Origin: a virus
Length of the DNA stretch: 14,195 nucleotides
UHGV virus genome: UHGV-1730239
Strand: one strand, 5' to 3'
Position 1 is the stretch's first letter, and each line of letters opens with the position of its first letter. The position numbers were made by a program, and so were the translations under genes. The notes beneath the pieces are model-generated. The model had not been told where the DNA came from. It searched no databases and saw nothing but the letters and a program-made list of their open reading frames with translations. Of the stretch, positions 6,886 to 14,195 are shown piece after piece.

Positions 6886-8397
6886 ATGTTTAATCTTTTT
6901 CGACGCAAAAAGGCGGTAGAAACTCCAGTTAAAACTAATCACCGCCAGCAACAACAAAAAATCTTTATCGACAAACAAGTAGAAAAATTCCAGAAAGATT
7001 TGTCTAAGCGTTCTTTGGGCTTAGTCGGTGATCGCATTGATGGACAACTTCAACAAGATACTATCACAGGAACCTTCAATAAGGCTCTCAAATCGAACGG
7101 TAAGCGCCTTTATGATCAGGGTCGTACTCTGGCCTTAAACACTTCCGTAGGCAGTCGCTACACGCAATACATCACCGATATGGTGGTTGGTACTGGTCTA
7201 GATCCGAAGCCGTCAGTTGTTAAATCAAATGGCAAACTTGATAGCGCACTGAATAAGCAGATCGAGAATGCTTTCTGGAAGTGGGCGCAGAATGCTAAAC
7301 GCTTCTCTCGTAACGGTCGCTTTAACTTCCGTGAATTGCTGGTAATGGCTGAACGTGAGCGCGTTATGGGTGGTGAGTGCTTCATAGTTTTAACCAAAGA
7401 AAACAATGAGTTAAATGTTTCTATCCTGTCTGCTGATAAGTGCGACTGGACGCTCAACCGTGAAGTAAGCAAAGAACGCGCTATCTATCAGGGGATCGAG
7501 TATGACGTAGAAACAATGCGCCCTGTTGCATTTTGGTTTCGTAAAATCAACCTACTGACTCAGACTTACACAGGTGATAACTATCGCGTAGATGCTTCGC
7601 AAGTATGCCATTATTATCAACCACTTGCGGCTGAATCTCTGCGTGGTGTGACTGACTTCCTGCCAGTGATCAAGGATATTGCGCATCAAGACGCATTCCG
7701 CGAAACCGCGATCATCCAGAAACGTATTGCAGCTAGCTCTATGGGCTTTATCGAACGTCCGAAAGATTCTGGTGACGATTTTGATACTGGTGAAGAGGAT
7801 GAACAATATCAAGCGCCGGAAGTAGTACAGGATTTTGCACCGGGTACTATTCAGGAATTGCCGGAAGGGGCAACGATTAAATCAATCCAAGCTACTCAAT
7901 CAGGCGATGATTTCAATTCCTTCAATGATGCGATGTTTACTAGCGTATCAATGGGCTTAGGCGTGTTCAAACAGGGCTTAACAGGAGATTGTTCACAAAT
8001 CAACTACTCAGCCGCGCGTTTTGGTGAATTAACTCAACGCACACGAGTTAAAGCACTGCAAAACAAATTGATTGAAACAGTGGTATTGCCAATTTTCGAA
8101 GCGTATCTGCGTCATTATTCCGCGCGTGGCATTGTTCCGATTCGTATTACTGCAATTCCGCATATTATCGACAACACTACTATTATTCGTCCGCGTTTTG
8201 AATCCGTCGATCCTATTAAAGACGTAAACGCTGAAATTGCTTTAATTGATAAAGGACTTAAATCACGTACTGCTGTTATTTTGGAACGTGGCGACGATCC
8301 AGAAAAGGTATTTTCAGAGATCAGGTCTGAATCCAGTGCACTAAATATTATCGTTAATGGTGAGGGTGAAGAAAAAAATTCCCCAGCCGATCCCTAA
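6886..8397 (+). CDS. Portal protein, 503 aa
   Basis: ATG at 6886 with AAGGGG overlapping the upstream stop; portal-typical size and position between terminase and protease/capsid; acidic segment DSGDDFDTGEEDEQY; ends TAA-TAA. Confidence 0.8.
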   Translation: MFNLFRRKKAVETPVKTNHRQQQQKIFIDKQVEKFQKDLSKRSLGLVGDRIDGQLQQDTITGTFNKALKSNGKRLYDQGRTLALNTSVGSRYTQYITDMVVGTGLDPKPSVVKSNGKLDSALNKQIENAFWKWAQNAKRFSRNGRFNFRELLVMAERERVMGGECFIVLTKENNELNVSILSADKCDWTLNREVSKERAIYQGIEYDVETMRPVAFWFRKINLLTQTYTGDNYRVDASQVCHYYQPLAAESLRGVTDFLPVIKDIAHQDAFRETAIIQKRIAASSMGFIERPKDSGDDFDTGEEDEQYQAPEVVQDFAPGTIQELPEGATIKSIQATQSGDDFNSFNDAMFTSVSMGLGVFKQGLTGDCSQINYSAARFGELTQRTRVKALQNKLIETVVLPIFEAYLRHYSARGIVPIRITAIPHIIDNTTIIRPRFESVDPIKDVNAEIALIDKGLKSRTAVILERGDDPEKVFSEIRSESSALNIIVNGEGEEKNSPADP

Positions 8398-8405
8398 TAA
8401 CCAAC

Positions 8406-8422
8406 GGGGGCGCAATGCCCCC
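8406..8422 (+). other. Intergenic hairpin after portal, no U-tract
   Basis: GGGGGC-GCAAT-GCCCCC followed by AATTAATT. Confidence 0.4.
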
Positions 8423-8442
8423 AATTAATTAAAGGTGATTAA

Positions 8443-10446
8443 ATGCTTAAATTTCGCCGCGATCTTAACGGTTACGGTGGAGTTATTAATGAAGGGCATA
8501 ACGATCAATACGAATTTGAAATTGCTTTCTCAAGTACACAGCCTTATCAGCGCCAATTTTGGGATGAGCAAAATCAAGAAATGGTGGTATTAGATGAAAT
8601 TCTGGTACATACACCGGAAGCGGTTGATCTGTCTCGTCTGAATAATAACGCTCCGTTGCTGTTCAATCACAATTTCGATAATCACATTGGTGTAGTTTGT
8701 AACGCTCGAATCGATGCGGATAACGTAGGTCGTGCTCTGGTTAAGTTCTCCAAGCATGGGACTTTGGCTAATGATATTCGTAATAAAGTCATTGAAGGTA
8801 CGATGGAAAAAATTTCGGTCGGCTATGACATTAAAGAGTATCACATCGACTACGCTAAATCGCAACTCATTGTTTCTAAATGGATTCCTCACGAGATTTC
8901 ATGGGTGTCGGTGCCCGCAGACGATACGGTCGGTTTAAATCGCTCTCTAAATACTATCACAGTTAATTTGGAGGCTAAACGCGATATGACTAAAGAACAA
9001 ATCGAAGAAATCAAAGAAGAACAAGAACCCGCTCAGGTTGAAGAAACTCCGGTAGAAGAAAATAAAGAATCGGAAGTAGAAGAAACTCAAGAGCGCCAAG
9101 TTGAAGAGAATGAAGAAAATGAAAATCTCGAAGACGGAAAAGACGCTGAACATCCTGAAAGTGTTGATGATGATAGTTCAACTGTTCGGGAAGCAGAAGA
9201 AGTAAAAGAAGAACGTGAAGCCGCGCCGGTTGAAGAAGAAAAAATCGAAGAAGTGGCTGAACGTTCCGAAGAAGACGAATTAGAAATTCGCGAGATCGCT
9301 CGCGAGCTAAATATTAACGACGAAGAATTAGAACGCGCATTGGCAGTTAAAGACATGACGCCGGAAGCATTCCGCACTAAGGCACTAAATAATCTCGTCA
9401 ATTCTCAACGTAATAACGAACAACAAATTAAGGACTCTAAAATGGAAAAAACTTTTGACCTGAATGCTGTATTTCGCTCTCTGATCGATGGTGACACTCT
9501 GGGTGCTCATGAAGCTGAATATTCCGCGATGGCTGCTACTGCAACTGTACAGCGCGGTCGTGCTGCTCGTAGTGGCTCTGTATTCGTTCCGGCTGCTGCT
9601 CTGCGTGCTGCTGCTGCTGGTAACACTAAAGCTACTCTGGAAGCTGTAACTGATGAAAAACTGCTGACTGAATCCTATGTAGAAATGCTGATGCCTCAGT
9701 CCGTTCTGGGTCGTCTGGGTGTGACTGTCCTGTCTGGCCTGAATAGCCCGATCGCAGTACCAAAAATGACATCTTCTTGTGTTGACGGTTTCGGTTTCGT
9801 TTCGGAGAACGGCGAGGCACCAGAAAATAAAGCAGGTTTCGCAAACGTGAAAATGGCTCCTAAGACTTTCGCAGGGGGCAACCCAATTTCGCGCCTCAGC
9901 CTCAAAACCGTTCCGGGTATCGCAACCCTGATCACTGATCACATGAACAAAGCTGTTCGCATCAAACTGGAACAACTGGTGCTGTCTGATAAAGAAAACG
10001 CTAACGGTCCGAAAGGTCTGATTAAACATCTGGTTGATGCAAGCCGTGTTGAAAAGAAAGCTGCTTTCACCTACAAAGACTTCCTGAAAGAAATCGCAGC
10101 ACTGACTGATGCTGGCGTTCCGGCACAGTCCATCAAATTTGCCATGAGCGGTGCAACTGCTGCTGAACTGGAATCTACCCTGAAAGATAACGGCGTTTCC
10201 GGTTATATCATCGAAAACGGCAAACTGGCTGGTTACGACGTAGTTACTTCTGGTGTTATTCCGGCTGGCCACATCGTTCTGGGTGACTTCTCCGCGATTA
10301 CTATCGGTGAGTGGGGCGGTCTTGAGGTAGATCTGGACGATTCAACCTACCGAGCACAGGGCGCTATCGTTCCGCGTATCTGGGTAGACCTGGACTTCAC
10401 CGTAGTTCAGCCGGAAGCTCTGAAAGTTCTTCATATCTCTGAATGA
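8443..10446 (+). CDS. Single-ORF fusion of prohead protease (HK97 gp4-like), acidic scaffold-like linker and HK97-fold major capsid protein, 667 aa
   Basis: ATG at 8443 with AAAGGTGA upstream. N-terminal ~170 aa carry prohead-protease motifs (LLFNHN..HIGVV, ISVGYD, ISWVSVPADD). Residues ~180-330 are an E/D/K-rich predicted coiled coil. The C-terminal ~335 aa look like an HK97-type capsid protein ending in ...VQPEALKVLHISE. Single TGA stop. Confidence 0.85.
   Translation: MLKFRRDLNGYGGVINEGHNDQYEFEIAFSSTQPYQRQFWDEQNQEMVVLDEILVHTPEAVDLSRLNNNAPLLFNHNFDNHIGVVCNARIDADNVGRALVKFSKHGTLANDIRNKVIEGTMEKISVGYDIKEYHIDYAKSQLIVSKWIPHEISWVSVPADDTVGLNRSLNTITVNLEAKRDMTKEQIEEIKEEQEPAQVEETPVEENKESEVEETQERQVEENEENENLEDGKDAEHPESVDDDSSTVREAEEVKEEREAAPVEEEKIEEVAERSEEDELEIREIARELNINDEELERALAVKDMTPEAFRTKALNNLVNSQRNNEQQIKDSKMEKTFDLNAVFRSLIDGDTLGAHEAEYSAMAATATVQRGRAARSGSVFVPAAALRAAAAGNTKATLEAVTDEKLLTESYVEMLMPQSVLGRLGVTVLSGLNSPIAVPKMTSSCVDGFGFVSENGEAPENKAGFANVKMAPKTFAGGNPISRLSLKTVPGIATLITDHMNKAVRIKLEQLVLSDKENANGPKGLIKHLVDASRVEKKAAFTYKDFLKEIAALTDAGVPAQSIKFAMSGATAAELESTLKDNGVSGYIIENGKLAGYDVVTSGVIPAGHIVLGDFSAITIGEWGGLEVDLDDSTYRAQGAIVPRIWVDLDFTVVQPEALKVLHISE
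9442..10446 (+). CDS. Candidate nested product: major capsid protein alone, from an internal in-frame start (334 aa)
   Basis: In-frame ATG at 9442 with AAGGA 7 nt upstream; from here codon usage switches by eye to the highly-expressed style (ctg, cgt, ggt, gct, tcc). A second in-frame ATG at 8986 has GGAGG 11 nt upstream. Confidence 0.4.
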   Translation: MEKTFDLNAVFRSLIDGDTLGAHEAEYSAMAATATVQRGRAARSGSVFVPAAALRAAAAGNTKATLEAVTDEKLLTESYVEMLMPQSVLGRLGVTVLSGLNSPIAVPKMTSSCVDGFGFVSENGEAPENKAGFANVKMAPKTFAGGNPISRLSLKTVPGIATLITDHMNKAVRIKLEQLVLSDKENANGPKGLIKHLVDASRVEKKAAFTYKDFLKEIAALTDAGVPAQSIKFAMSGATAAELESTLKDNGVSGYIIENGKLAGYDVVTSGVIPAGHIVLGDFSAITIGEWGGLEVDLDDSTYRAQGAIVPRIWVDLDFTVVQPEALKVLHISE

Positions 10447-10575
10447 ACTAACGTAGAACCTTCTGTTCCTTCCCCCGATTTGGGGGAAGAAAATCTGATT
10501 CCTGAACCGGAAGAAGATTCCCAGACGGTTACGGCGAAAGCCACAGTTAAAAAACAACGTAAAACTAAAGAATAA
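10447..10575 (+). other. 42-codon in-frame extension beyond the capsid UGA stop (candidate read-through product), ending TAA-TAA
   Basis: After TGA (10444-10446) the same frame stays open for 42 sense codons (TNVEPSVPSPDLGEENLIPEPEEDSQTVTAKATVKKQRKTKE) to tandem TAA-TAA (10573-10578). An 8-bp hairpin CTTCCCCC-GATTT-GGGGGAAG sits at 10469-10489. Confidence 0.35.
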
Positions 10576-10580
10576 TAATT

Positions 10581-10608
10581 AGCCCTGCCTTAACGGTGGG
10601 GCTTTTTT
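10581..10608 (+). terminator. Rho-independent terminator after the capsid gene and its extension
   Basis: ~9-bp stem (AGCCCTGCC / GGTGGGGCT, two G-U pairs) with 5-nt loop, then TTTTTT (10603-10608). Confidence 0.75.
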
Positions 10609-10638
10609 GTATGTAAATACTCCATAAAGGGGGTAACT

Positions 10639-10929
10639 ATGTTCAAATTATCAGAATCACAATTATCAAGAATGTTTAAAAGTGCTCCTGTATTTTCGGT
10701 GGAAGGTGGTAAATCAATTCGTGCTTACCATGAATTTACTACTACCGACGAACAAGGGGTAATTACAGAATCAGAATTTCTATTCTGTCGTGAGGGAGAC
10801 TTAAATCAGGGTGATGTTGTCATTGTAGACGGTGAACGCTTCAAAGTTCAATACGTTAAGCGCAATGGTGATAATACTTCTGATTGCTTTATTGCTCGTG
10901 CGGGGGGTACACATGCTCGCTACCGTTAA
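10639..10929 (+). CDS. Small virion protein, putative head completion/head-tail connector, 96 aa
   Basis: ATG at 10639 with AAAGGGGG upstream; first gene after the capsid terminator. Function inferred from position only. Confidence 0.5.
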   Translation: MFKLSESQLSRMFKSAPVFSVEGGKSIRAYHEFTTTDEQGVITESEFLFCREGDLNQGDVVIVDGERFKVQYVKRNGDNTSDCFIARAGGTHARYR

Positions 10930-11335
10930 TAACATGCCGAGACTGAAAATCAAACGCGCCTTGCAAGATATTATTGAACAAGATTTAGGTCTGGCTTTAA
11001 ACGTAGAACAAACTCAGCAAGGCTTTAGTGATGATGTGGTTTGTTGGATTATTGGCATGAATGAAACTTACACTAGGGTCCGTGGCGGTAATGCAATGCA
11101 AGCTGAATGTGTTATCGAAATGCAGTTGTATTCTCAGAATCATGAAACCAAAATTCATGAGGGTATTTGCCAGATAATCCAGATTCAGCCGGATAATCCA
11201 CGTTTTAAAGATTTGGGCTTCTCTATTTCAGATATCACTCCAGTAGCTTCTAATACCGATTATGACGATGATTCTAGTGATGGGGGTATCGTTGGGACAC
11301 TTAGCCTTAAATTTTCTTATCTAGCGCGTTTTTAA
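10913..11335 (+). CDS. Small virion protein, putative neck/tail-joining, ~140 aa
   Basis: The listed ORF begins at GTG 10832 inside the previous gene; the first SD-preceded start is ATG 10913 (GGGGGG 5 nt upstream), overlapping the upstream gene by 17 nt. Another in-frame ATG at 10934 lies 4 nt past the upstream stop. Acidic C-terminus. Confidence 0.5.
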   Translation: MLATVNNMPRLKIKRALQDIIEQDLGLALNVEQTQQGFSDDVVCWIIGMNETYTRVRGGNAMQAECVIEMQLYSQNHETKIHEGICQIIQIQPDNPRFKDLGFSISDITPVASNTDYDDDSSDGGIVGTLSLKFSYLARF

Positions 11336-11344
11336 GGGGTAATA

Positions 11345-12181
11345 ATGAATATTACACAAGATAACTTAGACATTTTCACGGGGTCGCATGTTGAATTATC
11401 CATTTCTACGAATATTGATGCTGAACCTAGTTTTTTCGATCCGTCATTCTCTACTGTAGAGAATCTGGCGTCGTTTCCTACCATCTCGTTTAGCAATGAG
11501 ATTGAGACATTGGAAGAATATAATTCTGATGTTACGGCAAAATTACGCGGTGGACGCAAGATCGAAAATACAAACTTGAGTCTCTATCGTGTCATTAACG
11601 ATGAACATCAAGAGCTATTAAATCAGGCTGTACTAAGCAAGCAATTGCTCCGCTTCCGAGTGTTTTATGTGATCGATACTGACCAGAATACAAGCGGTCA
11701 GACGGGCTATTATGTTTTGTATGATGCCTATGTCACTAGCGCCAAAACAAAGGGAAGTGATACCAGCGCGGTTACTGTTGAGTATCGATTAGAACCGGAA
11801 GGAAGTGTGTTGTTAGACGGGATCGCAACTCAAGGGCGCGTCTTGCGGGAGGGTGACTTCGGTATCGGTGCTGGCGTTGGTGTTTTCCCTGGTGTTATTG
11901 ATAGCGAATCTCTATCTGGAAACCGCTTCGTAACGTATAAGGGAACAGTTAGTTCCAACCCGTTCGGTGCTGACACTACAATGATCAGCCTACAGCCTAA
12001 TGAAGATGGTGGATGGCAATTAACTAGCTCGGTAACTGGCAATCCTCGTTTGCGTGTCCGCACTATCCAAAAAGATGGTGCTACCGGATGGTTTAAAGTT
12101 TACACATCGGCTGAAAAACCAACCGCCGCAGATGTTGGGGCAGTGTCGCTAACTGCACGCGTGGACTTTGGCGAGTATTAA
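11345..12181 (+). CDS. Virion structural protein, putative tail tube/adaptor, 278 aa
   Basis: ATG at 11345 with AAGGGG upstream; Gly-rich segment GDFGIGAGVGVFPGV; lies between the small connector-like genes and the tail fibre. No family recognised. Confidence 0.5.
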   Translation: MNITQDNLDIFTGSHVELSISTNIDAEPSFFDPSFSTVENLASFPTISFSNEIETLEEYNSDVTAKLRGGRKIENTNLSLYRVINDEHQELLNQAVLSKQLLRFRVFYVIDTDQNTSGQTGYYVLYDAYVTSAKTKGSDTSAVTVEYRLEPEGSVLLDGIATQGRVLREGDFGIGAGVGVFPGVIDSESLSGNRFVTYKGTVSSNPFGADTTMISLQPNEDGGWQLTSSVTGNPRLRVRTIQKDGATGWFKVYTSAEKPTAADVGAVSLTARVDFGEY

Positions 12182-12209
12182 GGGTGAACCCTAAATAAAA
12201 CATGACGCG

Positions 12210-12240
12210 GGGAGGTTATGCCTCCCTTATTCCTGTTTTA
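12210..12240 (+). terminator. Weak terminator/attenuator hairpin between the 278-aa gene and the tail fibre gene
   Basis: GGGAGG-TTATG-CCTCCC (12210-12226) followed by the U-rich TTATTCCTGTTTTA; the stem also sequesters an SD-like GGGAGG. Confidence 0.35.
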
Positions 12241-12254
12241 TATGAGGTGAATAA

Positions 12255-14195
12255 ATGCAAAGTCTACAGCACAAACGATCCGGTGTTGCTGGTAAAAAAC
12301 CGACGCCGGAACAATTACAGGTCGGTGAATTAGCAATAAACTTAGTCGACCATGTAATTTACACTAAAGATAAAAGCAATGCGGTAGTGCAAATCAGTGT
12401 TTCCCCAGAAAGTCATAATACTTTAAACAAAAAAGTAGACACCAACAAGACGAACACCGATAAAGTTATTGTCGCAAATAAAAAAGAAGCTGCTAATAAT
12501 CTGGCTACCGCTAAAACTGAATTAACTAACACTATCAACACCAAAGACGCCGCAATCAATAAACGTGCTGATGGTATCAATACCGCTGTTTTGAATCTAC
12601 AGAAGATGGTAGCGGCAAATAAAACTGATGCAGATAACAAGATTACTTCTTTAACATCGACTGTCACCGCAAACAACACAGCGATCAATAAAAAAGTTGA
12701 TGCAAACAAGATGCAAGCCGACAAAGAGATCACCCGCTTAGATGGTCGTATCGATGATGCTGTTTTCCGTGGTGAATTGCCAACTGATGCAAATTTAGAT
12801 ACATATGGTCCACTTCCTGAATTTGTCGGTGTATGGGGCAAATCAACGTCTACTAACGCAACTCCGGCTTATAGTTTCCCGGAAGATGGCGCGGTTGGTA
12901 TTCTTGAAGTTTTCTCCGCTGGTAACTTTGCGGCAACTCAGCGTTATACGACGCGCTACGGTAATATTTTTGTTCGTAACCTTTCCGCTAAATGGAATGG
13001 CTCTAATGGTCCGTGGACGCCGTGGCGTAATATTCAGATGGGTACTCGTCCGCTTTCGACGTCAATTAATCTTAATGATTTTGGCGGTGTTGAGCATTTT
13101 GGCTTATGGCGAAACGGGTCTACATCAATTGCGTCGTTAGATCGAAACTTCCCAGAAGCAGGGGCAGACGGTCGAGGATTGTTAGAAGTTTTTGAAGGTG
13201 GTAGTTATTCCCGTATGCAGCGTTACACAACCATTAACGGTCGTGTGTATATTCGTACTCTCGCCGCTTCGTGGGATGCATCCGCGCCGAGATGGGAAGC
13301 GTGGAAAAAGGTTGGTCTTTTTACCCCGTCTGAAATTGGCACATACAATAAAGCGGAAATTGATAAGAAAATTTCTGATTTGGACAATGCGCTAGTATCT
13401 AAACCGATCCAGCCGTTACCGGACGTATGGATACCGTTTAATGATTCTCTGGATATGATCACAGGATTTGCGCCGGGATATAAAAAAATTACTGTTGGTG
13501 CGGATGTTGTCACTATGCCTAGTGACAAGATTGTTAGCTTTACTCGTGCATCAACCGCTACATATATTAATAAATCTGGTAGGCTTAGTGTCGCTGCAAT
13601 TGATGAACCACGATTTGAAAAAAATGGTTTATTGATTGAAGGCCAACGAACTAACTATTTTGTTAAATCTAACACCCCTGCCGAATGGACTAGCACAAGC
13701 AATATTGATAAAAGCAATAATGGCGTTGATGAATTTGGTTTTTCATTTGCAAAAATGAAAACTAAGGAAAATATGACGGGTCAATCATCCGCTCTTAGTT
13801 TGCATACATGCAGCGCATCCCGTGGTGTTGATGTTAGTGGTGATAATAAGTTTTGCACAGTTTCTTGTCGTGTTAAGGCTCCTGATGGCCTCCGTTGCCG
13901 TTTACGCTTTGAAAAATACGATGGATCGGTTTACACCTTTTTGGGTGATGCTTATTTGACTTTCGGTAGCACATTGACAATAGAAAAAACTGGTGGTGCT
14001 GCTAATCGTATTACGGCTAACGCTACTAAAGATCCGGTTACTGGTTGGATTTTTTACGAAGCGACGATAGAAGCGGTTGAAGGGGAAACCTTGATTGGTG
14101 CAATGATTCAGTATGCACCGAAAAAAGGCGGTGTAACCGAAGCAGGGGATTATATCTATCTTGCCACACCACAATTCGAAAATGGTAGTTGTGCG
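12255..14195 (+). CDS. Tail fibre protein, 3'-partial (at least 647 aa, continues past the window end)
   Basis: ATG at 12255 with GAGGTGA upstream; the frame is open to the last base and is absent from the ORF track only because no stop falls in the window. Contains an N/K/T/A-rich coiled-coil-like shaft (~12400-12760) and two ~48-aa repeats with motif LEVF...QRYTT..G..(F/Y)(V/I)R.L.A.W....W..W resembling the knob domain of pyocin/phage tail fibres. Confidence 0.75.
   Translation, partial: MQSLQHKRSGVAGKKPTPEQLQVGELAINLVDHVIYTKDKSNAVVQISVSPESHNTLNKKVDTNKTNTDKVIVANKKEAANNLATAKTELTNTINTKDAAINKRADGINTAVLNLQKMVAANKTDADNKITSLTSTVTANNTAINKKVDANKMQADKEITRLDGRIDDAVFRGELPTDANLDTYGPLPEFVGVWGKSTSTNATPAYSFPEDGAVGILEVFSAGNFAATQRYTTRYGNIFVRNLSAKWNGSNGPWTPWRNIQMGTRPLSTSINLNDFGGVEHFGLWRNGSTSIASLDRNFPEAGADGRGLLEVFEGGSYSRMQRYTTINGRVYIRTLAASWDASAPRWEAWKKVGLFTPSEIGTYNKAEIDKKISDLDNALVSKPIQPLPDVWIPFNDSLDMITGFAPGYKKITVGADVVTMPSDKIVSFTRASTATYINKSGRLSVAAIDEPRFEKNGLLIEGQRTNYFVKSNTPAEWTSTSNIDKSNNGVDEFGFSFAKMKTKENMTGQSSALSLHTCSASRGVDVSGDNKFCTVSCRVKAPDGLRCRLRFEKYDGSVYTFLGDAYLTFGSTLTIEKTGGAANRITANATKDPVTGWIFYEATIEAVEGETLIGAMIQYAPKKGGVTEAGDYIYLATPQFENGSCA

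Noticed and set aside
9385-10272. 295-aa minus-strand ORF, plus other antisense or overlapping ORFs in the track (for example 7158-7472, 2570-2866, 12413-12841, 13223-13528, 8947-9153)
   Set aside because: All lie inside well-supported genes on the opposite strand or in another frame, lack SD-preceded starts, and have low-complexity composition (Ser/Phe-rich) typical of antisense reading through coding sequence.
10444-10489. Selenocysteine insertion (SECIS) reading of the capsid UGA plus hairpin
   Set aside because: The hairpin is a simple 8-bp stem with a 5-nt loop starting 22 nt past the UGA, unlike the longer bulged element immediately 3' of UGA in bacterial selenoprotein mRNAs; ordinary leaky termination is the more economical hypothesis.
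10832-10912. GTG start at 10832 for the gene annotated from 10913
   Set aside because: The GTG lies inside the preceding gene with no SD, whereas ATG 10913 has GGGGGG 5 nt upstream, so the shorter ~140-aa product is preferred.
1-14195. Temperate prophage with integrase, or a phage-inducible chromosomal island
   Set aside because: No integrase, excisionase, attachment-site-like tRNA or repressor with a peptidase domain is visible; the Rha-type regulator and LexA-like box hint at temperate ancestry but are insufficient, so lifestyle is left open.

Overview
This window reads as the left ~14 kb of a tailed dsDNA phage or phage-like element with enterobacterial-style codon usage; nothing here was searched against a database, so all family calls rest on motifs read by eye. 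Layout: (i) 1-13 is an Illumina adapter remnant, so position ~14 is a contig end and possibly a physical genome terminus. (ii) 366-1611 is a ~1.25 kb ORF-free control region packed with repeats: three CTGTAT-N7-CAGTG operator-like elements, a divergent TTGACA palindrome promoter, eight direct CCTACACT copies beside an AT-rich tract, and a GC-rich stretch with a second repeat family and tandem stable hairpins. (iii) A small early/regulatory block holds a strongly acidic 155-aa protein, a 59-aa basic protein, a Rha-family regulator, and three small proteins sharing a resolvase-type helix-turn-helix motif. (iv) A rightward morphogenesis operon encodes a lambda gpA-like large terminase, a gpW-like protein with an N-terminal extension, a portal, a single ORF fusing prohead protease, acidic scaffold-like linker and HK97-fold major capsid protein, three small virion proteins, and a tail fibre that runs off the window. 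The most interesting points are the capsid gene (two SD-preceded internal in-frame starts, a codon-usage shift, and a single UGA stop followed by a hairpin and a 42-codon in-frame extension ending TAA-TAA) and the repeat-rich non-coding region near the terminus. No integrase, tRNA, rRNA or CRISPR array was seen.
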